From Malacoraja senta (lineage: Eukaryota), in assembly GCA_038087875.1 (NCBI GenBank), contig JAXLNO010005534.1:1-64000 (forward strand): DNA of 64,000 nucleotides. The letters run 5' to 3'. Positions 36,415-48,350 of this stretch are shown here, one piece after another. Both the position numbers and the translations under genes were made by a program. The notes beneath the pieces were generated by a model. It was not told the origin of the DNA. It did not search any database and saw only the letters and a program-made list of their open reading frames with translations. Positions within the stretch are counted from its first letter, which is position 1. Each line of letters begins with the position of its first letter.

Positions 36415-36725
36415 GTTTAGTTTCTAGCTTAGAGATACAGCATGGAAACAGGCCCTTCGGGCCACTGAGTCCACACTGACCAGCAACCCCCACACGCTAA
36501 CACTATCCTACACACACAAGGGACAATTTACATTCTACGCCAAGTCAATTAAACTACAAACCTGTACGTCATGGAATGTGGGAAGAATCTGAAGATCTCA
36601 GGAAAATCCCACCCGGTCAGGTGGAGAATGTACAAACTCCATACAGACAGGACCCGTAGTCAGGATCCAACCTGGGCATTGGTGCTGTAAGGGCGATAAG
36701 GCAGCATCTCTAATGCTGCACCATT
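36415..36725 (-). mobile_element. V-SINE (HE1-like)
   Basis: Reverse complement of the SINE consensus seen elsewhere in the window. Confidence 0.75.
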
Positions 36726-37327
36726 GAGCCTTCTTCAAGTGTTGGCTAGATGGGCTCTGATACTTATTCCACCAATTGTGGTCGAGGTATTGAATGATCC
36801 TATTGGATTGCTTCCCATCTTCAAAGATCTATTATTATCTATCATGTCGATACAGCCTACTAGTTACAATATTCCAAAATTCAAAGAATATTTTATTATA
36901 TTAAGAAAATGGACAACGTCAAGGAGATTTTATAAAATCATAGAGAGGTAAAGTCAAAGAGTCATACAGCAGGGAATCAGGACCTACGGCAATATGGCCT
37001 AATTCAATCATGGCTGCTCTATCTCGCCCTCTCAACCACATTCCCTGCTTTCGCCCCATAACCCTTGACACCCATACTGATCAAGAATCTGTCAATATCC
37101 ACCTGAGAAATATCCATTGACGTGGGCTCCAAGGCTGTCTGAGGAGGCCCATATCCTTCTAAACCTATCTATCCATGTACCAGATTAAATGTTTCTTAAA
37201 TGTTGCGATAGTACCTGCCTGAACTCCCTTCTCCGGCAGTTCATTCAGTACTCCCACCACAGCTATGCCTCTGGTTCTTATTAAATCTTTCCCCCCTCAT
37301 TTTAAACTTATGTATTCATTTTTTGCC

Positions 37328-39724
37328 CATTTTGGTTTCACCATGTAGAAATTACAGCTGTGTTTATACATAGTCCCCCCCATTTCAGGGCACAATAATG
37401 TTTGGGACATGGCTTCGCAGATGTATGTAATTGCTCAGGGGTATTTAAATGCCTCCTTAATGCAGGTATAAGAGAACTCAGCATCTAGTCTTTCCTCCAG
37501 TCTTTCAATCACCTTTGGAAACTTTTATTGCTGTTCATCAACAGGAGGACCTGAGTTGTGCCAATGAAAGTAAAAGAGACCATTATAATAATAATAACTT
37601 TATTTATACTTTAAAAACAACCACAGTTGCAACAAAGTGCTGTACATGACTAATCATGGACAAGAAATTATTACATAACAATAAAAATATTAAACGAAAG
37701 AGTAAAAACAATAAAATTAAAAACATTAAAAGCACTTAAAACAGGAGCAAAGTCTCAAGCAGTGTCAAAAGCCAAGGAATATAAATGTGTTTTAATACTG
37801 GTTTTGAAGATGGACAGTGAGTGGGCCTGTCTGATGTACAACGGCAGGGTGTTCTAGAGTGCTGGAGCAGCAACAGAGAAGGCTCTATCCCCTCTGAGCT
37901 TCCGCTTAGACCTCGGTACCTCCAGGAGCAGCTGATCAGCTGACCTGAGGCACCGGGCAGGAGCGTATGGGTGGAGCAGTTCAGAGAGGTAAGGCGGGGC
38001 GAGCCCATTTAGAGATTTAAAAACAAATAAAAGAATTTTAAAATGAACTCGAAAGTGCACCGGGAGCCAGTGTAGGCAGGCCAGAATTGGCGTTGTGTGC
38101 TCCCTCTTTCGAGTTCCAGATAAAAGGCGAGCAGCAGCATTTTTAACCAACTGGAGACGAGCCAGTGAAGATCGTGCAACTCCAAAATAGAGTGCGTTAC
38201 AGTAATCCAGCCTAGATGTAATAAAGGCATGGATTACTGTTTCAAAATGCTGCCGCTCGAGAATGGGCTTCACCTTTGCCAGCTTCCTTAGGTGAAAGAA
38301 GCTGGACTTAACCACCGCGCCTATTTGATGATCTAATTTAAAATCACTGTCCATCCTAAAACCTAGGTTCAAAACTGTTGACTTCACGTACCGTGCCAGT
38401 GGACCCAAGTCAACAAGGGGAGGTTCACGGCAGCCATTGGGGCCAAACAATATCACCTCTGTCTTCTTTATGAGACTGAGAAACAAGAATAAAACTGTTC
38501 GAGACATCAGCCAAACCTTAGGCTTACCAAAATCAAACTGTTTGGAACATCATTAAGAAGAAAGAGAGCACTGTGAGCTTACTAATCGCAAAGAGACTGG
38601 CAGGCCAAGGAACACCTCCACAGCTGATGACAGAAGACTACTCTCTATAATAAAGACAAAACCCCAATCCTTTACTAATCGCAAAGGGACTGACAGGTCA
38701 GAAACACTCATCAGGAGTCAGGTGTGGATTTGCCAATGACCACTGTCCGCAGAAGACTTCATGAACAGAAATACAGAGGCTGCACTGCAAGATGCAAACC
38801 ACTGTTTAGCCGCAAAAACAGGATGGCCGGGTTACAGTTTGCCAAGAAGTACTTAAAAGAGCAACCACAGTTCTGGAAAAAGGTCTTCTGGTCAGATGAT
38901 ACAAAGATTAACATATCAGAGTGATGGCAAGAGCAAAGTATGGAGGAGAGAAGGAACTGCCCTAGATCCAAAGCATACCACCTCATCTGTGAAACACGGT
39001 GGTGGGGGTGTTGTGGGCTGGGCATGTATGGCTGCTGAAGGTACTGGCTAACTTAGCTTTGTTGACCATTCAGCTACTGATGGTAGCAGCATAATGAATT
39101 CTGAAGTGTATAGACACATCCTATATGCTCAAGTTCAAACACATTGGCCTCAAAACACATTGCCCAGCGGTTCATACTACAGCAAGACAATGATCCCTAA
39201 AGCAACAAAGGAGTTTTTCAAAGCTAAAAAATTGTTAATTCTTGAGTGGCCAAGTCAATCACCCGATCTGAACACAACTGAGCATGCCTTTTATATGCCA
39301 AAGAGAAAACTGAAGGGGACTAGCCCCCAAAACAAGCACAGGCTGTAATACAGGCCTGGCAGAGCATCGCCAGAGAAGACACCCAGCAACTGGCGATGTC
39401 CATGAATCACAGACTTCAAGCAGTCATTGCATGCAAAGGATATGCAACAAAATACTAAGCATGACTACTTTCATTTACATGACATTGCTGTGTCCCAAAC
39501 ATTATGGTGCACTAAAATGGGGCAGACTGTGTATTTTGTCTAAATTGACTGCTGTAATTTCTACATGGTGAAACCAAAATGATTAAAAAATTGCCTTTTT
39601 AAAAATCTGACAATGTGCACTTTAACCACATGTGATTTTTTTCTATTACAAATCTCAAATTATGGAGTACAGAGGCAAATAAATAAATGATGGGTCTTTG
39701 TCCGAAACATTATGGAGGTCACAG
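37328..39724 (+). mobile_element. Tc1-family DNA transposon remnant, interrupted by an L2
   Basis: Inverted CATTTTGGTTTCACCATGTAGAAATTACAGC / GCTGTAATTTCTACATGGTGAAACCAAAATG. The right terminus is followed by TA (39725-39726). Transposase remnants include MKVKET.MRLRNKNK, RRRLHEQKYRG, FWKKVFWSDDTK and WPSQSPDLNTTEH. Confidence 0.85.
37587..38467 (-). mobile_element. 5'-truncated L2-clade LINE inserted at the start of the Tc1 transposase
   Basis: ORF KKTEVILFGP...VIHAFITSRLDYCNALY...LHWLPV...GLAPPYL...GDRAFSVAAP and an (ATT)n-type tail. A TTAT duplication flanks it and the Tc1 frame resumes on the far side. Confidence 0.88.
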
Positions 39725-40044
39725 TATGTACGATCAATTCACACTGGCCAATTTACCTCTCAGCCTCTCATCTTTGGAATATTGGGAGAAACTGGAATAA
39801 CCAGAGGAAGCACACATGGTTTCAGGGAAAGAATAAAAATGCCACACAGGTTGTAGTAGAGATCAGGATTGAGTCCAGGTCCTCATAAGCACCATCTCTA
39901 TGAGCTGCAACCCTGAAACGCCCATCTGGTGGGAAATCTCTGCATGGAATGGGACACTTCTGACTTATGAGGACATTGGGATTCTGTAAATCGGAGCAGT
40001 AAGTGTAAAGAAGACCTTACTTGTGAGTCCCGACTATCAAGGCT

Positions 40045-40100
40045 TGGGTGGGGTGGGGGGGGGTGGATGGGGGGGTGGGGGTGGGGGGGTGGTTGTGGGA
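40045..40100 (+). repeat. G-tract with G-quadruplex potential
   Basis: More than four G-runs of 3 or more nt with short loops. Confidence 0.6.
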
Positions 40101-40224
40101 GGGTGTCAATGTATGACTTGGTCTGGGAGGAGACTATAATAAACAGGGTCTAAACTGAAACTTGACACAACATACTGGAGTAACTCAGTGGGTCAGGCAG
40201 CATCTCCGGAGAAAAGGAAAAGGT

Positions 40225-40252
40225 GACGTTTCGGGTCGAGACCCTTCTTCAG
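40225..40252 (-). ncRNA. Minimal type I hammerhead-ribozyme core in a PLE-derived short repeat
   Basis: Reads CUGAAGA-A-GGGUC(UC)GACCC-GAAA-CG-UC. Both conserved core boxes are present, with helix II and a palindromic ACGU helix III. Helix I is only about 2 bp in this copy. Confidence 0.6.
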
Positions 40253-40840
40253 ACTGAGAATCAGGAGACAGGGAACCAAGCGATACGAAAAGGTACATAG
40301 AACAAATTAATAAAAGATATACCCCCGACTTTGTCTGAAGAAGTCCCTTGACCTGAAACGCCATCTATTCCTTTTCTCCAGCGATGCTGCCTGACTTCCT
40401 GATTTACTCCAGCTTTTTGTGTCTATCTTCAGTGTAAACCAGCATCTGCATCACCAGTCTGAAGAAGGGTCTAGACCCAAAACATCACCCATTTCGTCTC
40501 TCCAGAGATGCTGCCTGTCCCGCTGAGTTACTCCAGCTTTTTGTGTCTATCTTCGGTTTAAATCAGCATCTGCAGTTCCTTCTTACACATCTAAACTGAT
40601 GTCTAAACTGAAACATCACCTATCCATGTTGTCCCGACATACTGCCTGACCTGCTGAATTACTCCAGCATTTTATGTGTATTAACCAGCATCTGCATTTT
40701 CTTGTTTCTACATGAATAAGCAGTATTTGTTCTGTGATTAAGTTTACATGCAGCACACCAGACAGTGTCAAAGTTCAGTGTCAAAGTGAGGTGAGAAGGG
40801 GCCCCAAAGGGAGAGTTAGAAGTGTCTGTTTCAGTCTTAC

Positions 40841-40960
40841 CAGGAGAAACATAAGAAGGCTAGTGGAATACAGTAATGATAAAATCCATGTGACTTCCCA
40901 AAACAATCGACAGCCAAGGATTTTTGTTTTATATGTTATTATTTCAACAGGGGAATCGCC
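40841..40960 (-). other. Candidate MHC-like leader exon (40889-40841) with TATA box and kB-like site; contains an in-frame TAG
   Basis: ATG at 40889, 49 nt to the G|GTAAGA donor (phase 1, as alpha1 requires). TATAAAA at 40933-40927 and GGCGATTCCCC at 40960-40950. Codon 10 is TAG. Confidence 0.4.
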
Positions 40961-41379
40961 ATTATATTTACTGTCATCTGATAACAATGGGATTAAACTT
41001 TCAGGACGAGTAGGTTTGTAATCTCCAAGCCTTGACGATTGTCAGAACAGTTAGAAAGGAAGCATTGTGTGGGAAGAAATTGCTCATCAGATTCCCATTA
41101 AATCTTCCCCCCCCCCCCCTCAATTTAAACCTATGTCTTCTGGTTCTCGATTCTGTAATCTGTTGAATATGTTGCCCACATGAACATTTCCAGATTGAGA
41201 TTGATATATTTTTGTTCATTAAGGGTGTAATGGGTTAGAGCTGAGCCACAATGTCTGTGCCGAACATGATGTGAAGTTAAACTAAACTCTTCATGCTTGT
41301 ACATGATTCATATCCCTCAAGTCCCTACATATCCACGTGCCTATCCTCAAGCTTCTTAAATCTCATTATCGTCTTCTGG

Positions 41380-44244
41380 GGAAGTCGTGGATAGAGCATG
41401 GATTGACACCTGGAAGTATGATGTTGTGGCGATCAGTGAAACATGGTTGCAGGAGGGCTGTGATTGGAAACTAAATATTCCAGGATTTCGTTGCTTCAGG
41501 GGTGATAGAATTGGAGGGGCAAGAGATGGGGGTGTTGCATTGCTTGTCAAGGAAGATATTACAGCAGTGCTTTGGCAGGATAGAGTAGAGGGCTCGTCTA
41601 GGGAGGTTATTTGGGTGGAACTGAGAAATGGGAAAGGTGTAGCAACACGTATAGGGGTGTATTATAGACCACCAAAGGGGAGCGAGAATTGGAAGAGCAA
41701 ATATGTAAGGAGATAGCAGATATTAGTAGTAAGCACAAGGTAGTGATTGTGGGAGATTTCAATTTTCCACACTTAGACTGGGAAACACATTCTGTAAAAG
41801 GGCTGGATGGTTTGGAGTTGTAAAATGTGTGCAGGATAGTTGTTTGCAGCAATACATAGAGGTACCTACTAAAGAAGGGGCAGTGCTGGACCTCCTGTTA
41901 GGAAATGAGACAGGGCAGGTGGCGGAGGTAGGCGTTGGGGAGCACTTCGGGTCCAGTGATCACAATACCATTAGTTTCAATATAATTATGGAGAGGGTCA
42001 GAACTGGACCTAGGGTTAAGATTTTTGTTTGGAGAAAGGCTAACTTTGAGGAGATGCGAAAGGATTTAAAAGGAGTGAATTGGGACATGTTGTTTTATGG
42101 GAAGGATGTAGTAGAGAAATGGAGGTCATTTAAAGGTGACATTTTAAGAGTACAGAATCTTTATGTCCCTGTGCGGTTGAAAGGAAATAGTAAAAATTGG
42201 AAAGAACCATGGTTTTCAAGGGAAATTGGACAATTGGTTCGGAAAAAGAGAGACATCTACAATAATTATAGGCACCATGGAGTAAATGAGGTGCTTGAGG
42301 AGTATAAAGAATGTAAAAAGAATATTAAGAAATAAATTAGAAAAGCTAAAAGAAGATATGAGGTTGCTTTGGCAAGTAAGGTGAAAGTAAATCCAAAGGT
42401 TTCTACAGCTATATTAATAGCAAAAGGATAACAAGGAATAAAATCGGTCCAATTAGAGAGTCAGGGTGGACAGCTATCTGCAGAGCCAAAAGAGATGGGG
42501 GAGATATTGAACAATTTCTTTTCGTCGGTATTCACCAAGGAGAAGGATATGGAATTATGTGAGCTAAGGGAAACAAGCATAGCAATGGAAACTATGAGAT
42601 TCAAAGAAGAGGAGGTGCGGACACTTTTGAAAAATATGAAAATGTATGTCTCCAGGTCCTGACAGGATATTTTCTAGGACAGTGAGGGAAGTTAGTGTAG
42701 AAATAGCAGGGGCTATGACAGAAATATTTCAAATGTCATTAGAAACGGGAATAGTGCCGGAGGATTGGCGTACAGCGCATGTTGTTCAAAAAGGGTTGTG
42801 AGAGTAAACCTAGCAATTATAGACCTGTTAGTTTGACGTCAGTGGTGGGCAAATTAATGGAAAGGATACTTAGAGATAATATATATAAGCATCTGGATAA
42901 GCAGGGTCTGATTAGGAACAGTCAACATGGATTTGTGCCTGGAATGTCATGTTTGACTAATCTTCTTGAATTTTTCGAAGAGGTTACTAGGGAAATTGAT
43001 GAGGGTAAAGCAGTGGATGTTGTCTATATGGACTTCAGTAAAGCCTTTGACAATGTTCCTCATGGAAGGTTGGTTAAGAAGATTTAATTGTTGGGTATTA
43101 ATGGTGGAGTAGCAAGATGGATTCAAGAGTGGCTGAATGGGAGATGCCAGAGAGTAATGGTGGATGGCTGTTTGTCAGGTTGGAGGCCGGTGACCAGTGG
43201 GGTGCCTCAGGGGTCTGTGTTGGGTCTACTGTTGTTTGTCATGTACATCAATGATCTGGATGATGGTGTGGAAAATTGGATTAGTAAGTATGCAGATGAT
43301 ACTAAGATAGGTGGTGTTGTGGATAATCAAGTAGATTTTCAAAGTCTACAGAGAGATTTAGGCCATTTGGAAGAGTGGGCTGAAAGATGGCAGATGGAGT
43401 TTAATGCTGATAAAGGTGAGGTGCTACATCTCGCCAGGACAAATCAAAATAGGACATACATGGTAAATGGTAGCGAATTGAGGAATGCAGTTGAACAGAG
43501 GGATCTAGGAATAACTGTGCATAGTTCCCTGAAGGTGGAATCTCATGTAGATAGGGTGGTAAGAAAGTTTTTGGTTTGCTGGCCTTTATAAATCAGAGCA
43601 TTGAATATTGAATTTGGGATGTAATGTTAAAATTGTACAAGGCATTGGTGAGGCCAATTCTGGAGTATGGAGTACAATTTTGGTCGCCTAATTATAGGAA
43701 GGATGTCAACAAAATAGAGAGAGTACAGAGGAGATTTACTAGAATGTTGCCTGGGTTTCAACAACTAAGTTACAGAGAAGGGTTGAACAAGTTAGGTCTT
43801 TATTCTTTGGAGCGCAGAATGTTAAGGGGGGGCTTGATAGAGGTCTTTAAAATGATGAGCGGGTTAGACAGAGTTGACGTGGATAAGCTTTTCCCATTGA
43901 GAGTAGGGAAGATTCAAACAAGGGGACATGACTTGAGAATTAAGGGACAGAAGTTTAGGGGGAACATTAGGGGGAACTTCTTTACTCAGAGAGTGGTAGC
44001 TGTGTGGAATGAGCTTCCAGTGGAAGTGGTGGAGGCAGGTTCGATTTTATCCTTTAAAAATAGATTGGATGGGTATATGGACGAGAAAGGAATGGAAGGA
44101 TATGGTCTGAGTGCAGGTAGATGGGACTAGGGGGAAGTAAGAAGAAAGAAGGGGGAAGAAAAAAAAAGTGTTCGGCACGGACTTGAAGGGCCGAGATGGC
44201 CTCTTTCCGTGCTGTAATGGTTATATGGTTATATGGTTATATGG
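41380..44244 (+). mobile_element. Near-complete ORF2 of a second CR1 subfamily (EN + RT, disrupted)
   Basis: EN motifs YDVVAISETWL, IGVYYRPP, GDFN and SDH. RT motifs NYRPVSLTS, DFSKAFD, GVPQGSVLG and YADDT. Tail (GGTTATAT)n; the same tail is at about 31470-31487. Confidence 0.9.
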
Positions 44245-44946
44245 AAGTGGTGGTGGGGTAATGGATAGGGTCTGTAGGACAGGAAGCATGTAACAAACAA
44301 CAAGATGGCAACAACATTAACACAACATTGATTGGTCATTTAATGCAGGCTGAATTTTACCATCATGTGGCTGTCTAACACCAGCTGAGGAAATCTTGGA
44401 GAGGTGGAACACCTACTAATGCAGAAGTCACTTCTTTATTGAAAGTGCACATCGCCGGTTTACCTGAATTCTGTCTGAGGTATTAGTGCAAGAACAGATT
44501 GGACAAACATGGATTGTTTTCTCTTGTATACTGGAGGTTGAAGGGAGACCTGATGAAAGTGCACAACATGGTAAGAGGCACAGACAGAGTGGACAGCCAG
44601 AACCTTTTTCCCAGGGTGGAAATGTTGAAGACCAGAGAACATCACTTTAAGGTTGGAGAGGCAATGTTCAAAGGAGATGAGCGGAGCAAGTTGTTTTATG
44701 TGGAGGGTGGTGGACATCTGTAACGCGCTGCCAGTGGTGGTGATGGTGGTGGCAGATATAACAGTTACATTTCAGAGGCTTTTAGATAGGTACATAGATA
44801 GGCAGGGAATGGCCGGATACAGATCACATACAGGTAGAGGAGATTAGTTTATTTTGTTCGGCACAGACATTGTGGGCCGAAGGTAGACACAAAATGCTGG
44901 AGTAACTCAGCGGGGCAGGCAGCATCTCTGGAGAAAAGGAATAGGT

Positions 44947-44974
44947 GACGTTTCAGGTCGAGACCCTTCTTCAG
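44947..44974 (-). ncRNA. Second intact minimal hammerhead core
   Basis: Reads CUGAAGA-A-GGGUCUCGACCU-GAAA-CG-UC, with a G-U pair at the base of helix II. Confidence 0.55.
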
Positions 44975-47699
44975 ACTGAAGGACTGAAGGACCTGCTCCT
45001 ATGCTGTATTGTCCTATGTTCTATGTTCATTATTTCCCTGTATTCAGTTCCTCTGTTCAATGGATTGCCAAGGTAACCATAGTATATATAACTTCCCACA
45101 GGAGCTTTTACAACTCAGGAATGACCGTTACCCAAAATTATTAATACATTCAATTCAATCATTCAATTAATACATCCAAGACAATGTACCCAGGGCAAAC
45201 ACAGGTACTGTGCAACAGTAAATAGAATCAGTTTTGTTGTTTCCTCAAAGTTCACAAGTAGAAGGAGCATTGTTTACCAGAGGAGACAGTGGCCACACCG
45301 TAAGTGTTGAGTAAGGTAAAAAGAAGCATGTTTAACAGCCGCCCACAACAATATTTAACCAGCAGAGTAAATGCAGCAACAGTAACTTAATCTCTTGCAC
45401 TTTTTTAACAGAACTCTGGTGTGAAGCTAATTATTGGTCCATGTATACACAAACCTGATAACTAGATCCAATGGGAATGAGACCACTTGTTCTGGTCACT
45501 AATTGCCAGTGAATACAGTTTCAGGATCAGGTTTTATGGTAGGGATTATATTGGTGTTTTAAGGACAACAATTACAAAATCATATTTCACATAGCATCTT
45601 ACAACCGAATAGATGTTTCTCAAAGTATAACTATTTTACAATTCAGAATGCAGTCAATTCCACAAACTGCAGTTTTAGATAAACCAGATAGTCTACTTTC
45701 CTGTGTAGGAAGGAACTGCAGATGCTTGTTTTACTGTAGGCAGATGCAAAAAGCAGGAGTAACTCAGCGGGTCAGGCAGCATTTCTGGGGAAAAGGAATA
45801 GGTGACATTTCGGGAAGGGTCTCGACACAAATCGTCACCTTTTCCTTTTTCCCAGAAGTGCTGCCTGACCTGCTGAGTTACTCCAGCTTTTTAGAAGCAT
45901 AGAAAATAGGTGCAGGAGGAGGCCATTCTGCCCTTCGAGCCAGCACCGCCATTCATGGTGATCATGGCTGATCGTCCCCAATCAATGCCTGCCTTCTCCC
46001 CATATCCCTTGATTCCACCAGCCCCTAGAGCTCCATCTAACATTTTTGTGTCTCTCTTTAGTCCACTTTGTTATTGCTTAAGTAATAAAAATTGGACAAT
46101 GCATGTGTAATAATTTCCCAGCCCTTATTTGAGGTAATACCATGCGTCTTTTTTTTCAGCTGGGAGGAGAGACATGAGCTCAGTTTAAAGTTGTGTCTAG
46201 GTGTAAATGTGCAGCGCCGTCTCAACATCAGCGCAGAAATCTCTCATTGAGCCTTCTGTTAATACATGGCCCTTTACACCATATCCCACTCACCTGAAAG
46301 CTATGATCTCCATTACTTTATATTTACACCCTGTGGAAAAGGTTCTGACTCTCTATCCCATCTATGCCTCTCATAATTTTATATACTTGTATCAACCTCC
46401 AGTATTCTAGCGATTACAATCTAAGTCTGTCCAACCTCTCCTAGCTAATATCTAATCTGTGCATCATTCTGGCAAACCACCTCTGCACTAATTCCATGCT
46501 TCCAAATTCATCCTGCATTGGGGCAACCAGAAATGGCGATAATATTCTTATTGTGGCCTATCTGAAGTTCTATTCTCCGACCAATCTGACTGTCCCCCTG
46601 ATTAAACATTATCTATGTATGCTTCGTTCACACCTACTCCTAGCTAACAAGGATCTATTCTACATTTTCCTTGTACTACACCTCCTTTGATGTCATTCTT
46701 TCATACCTTACACTTCCTTATCTCCATGTCTCCCTTTCCTCTTCAGCCTGAAGGGACTCAACTAGAAATGTCAGCCATTCCTTCTATCCAGAGATGCTGC
46801 CTGTCCCACTGAGTTACTACAGCATTTTGTGTCTATCTTTGAAGTTCCATAAAGCAGCATATGACTTCCTGACTCTCACACTCAATGCTATGAATAGTGG
46901 CTTCTTTACCACTCTGGCTTTCAATTGATTGAAGGCGGAAAGGAGCCAAACAATTATACGGCAAAAAATCTCTGTGGTGGGACTGGAACAGAATTTTTTT
47001 TTAAAGCAATAAAATCAAGGATATTGTTCATAAAAAAGTAAAATATTTATTGTCCCAGTATGGCGGGACAAACATGTGATGAAAGAATGGACTGACTGGG
47101 CTTATATTCACTGGAATTTAGCATGACAGGGGATCTTATAGACGCACATAAAATTCTTTAGGGATTGGACAGTTAGATGCAGGAAAAATGTTCCCGATAT
47201 TGGGGGAGTCCAGAACCAGGGGTCACAGTTTATGAATTGGTCTCCACTGCCTTCTGTGGCAGTGGAGACCAATTAGGGCCAGTAGGCCATTTAGGACTGA
47301 GATGAGGAAAAACATGTTCACCCAGATTGTTGTGAATCTGTGGAATTCTCTGCCACAGAAGGCAGTGGAGGCCAATTCACTGGATGTATTCAAGAGAGAG
47401 TTAGATCTTAGGGCTACAGAATCAAGGAATATGGGGAGAAAGCAGGAACAGGGTACTGATTCTGGATGCTCAGCCATGATCATATTGAATGACGGTGCTG
47501 GCTTGAAGGGCCTAATGGTCTACTACTGCACCTGCTTTCTACGTTTCTAATCAGTGCTGCAGATGGATTGTTAAACGTCCATTCTTTTCAAAGTTCTGCC
47601 CCAGTGACTAAAATGCAACAGGTTGTTCATGCCGAGGAATTTGAAGTTCTTCACCATTCCCACTTCAGCACTCGCACTTCTACACTATTGATTCTGACT

Positions 47700-48350
47700 T
47701 CAATGTTTCAATGATTCTTTATTGTCACTTATGCACTGCACAGTGAAATTCTTGCTCCCGTCGCCATAATTTGGCAGTATTTACAAAAGAAAAAGAAAAA
47801 GTCCAATGTCCGGTCCGTATGTTGGATTTACTGGAGCGCCCCCGATCCAGGTTAGCTCAGTTAAACCCCAGGCTATTGCCAGGGGGGTCTCCTCCGTCAC
47901 CCTGGACCAGCTCGGCCAGCCAACAGACGTCCCTCTCCTCGCCCAACTGGCTCTGTGTCCCGGGAGGCAACTCCTCTCCTGCAGCCAACCTTGAAACCTC
48001 AGTCCCTCTCTTAGCGGCCCATTCCTTGCGCCCAGCGGCGGCAGCGGCTCCCTCCTCCACGACTCTCCGGGTTTCGGGGCCAAGCTCAGCAGCTTCCACC
48101 GGGTTGCTCTTCACACCGGCGAACCAAACCTGCCGGCACATATGGCTACAGGCGACCGGCCGAGTCTATCTTTGTTCTCGGCGGCCGCCTGGTCGATTCG
48201 TGTTGGGTTCCGTGGGGCGATCCGTGGTCATTTGCTTCTGCCGCTGCTGTGCATCCCAGAAGCTTATGGCTTGTACACCATCTTCCTTCCAACAGTCGAT
48301 AACTAGCTCCTTCAAATTCACCTTGCTGACATTGAGGGAGAGATTGGAGA
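47700..48350 (-). mobile_element. L2-like LINE remnant with a GC-rich interior
   Basis: The minus strand at about 48350 reads NLSLNVSK...KELVID, an L2 RT-thumb-like motif. It has an (ATTGAAAC)-like tail after AATAAAG. Confidence 0.5.

Noticed and set aside
36257-36493. Hydrophobic ORF end (LFKVLVLLSVLALITVSYFQ) just upstream of alpha1 as the MHC signal peptide
   Set aside because: No nearby ATG, no good phase-1 donor, and the implied intron would be only about 50 nt. Its upstream part lies in SINE/PLE repeat sequence.
44280-44350. Minus-strand MTNQCCVNVVAILLFVTCFLSY as an alternative leader
   Set aside because: No splice donor follows it and no promoter elements were seen.
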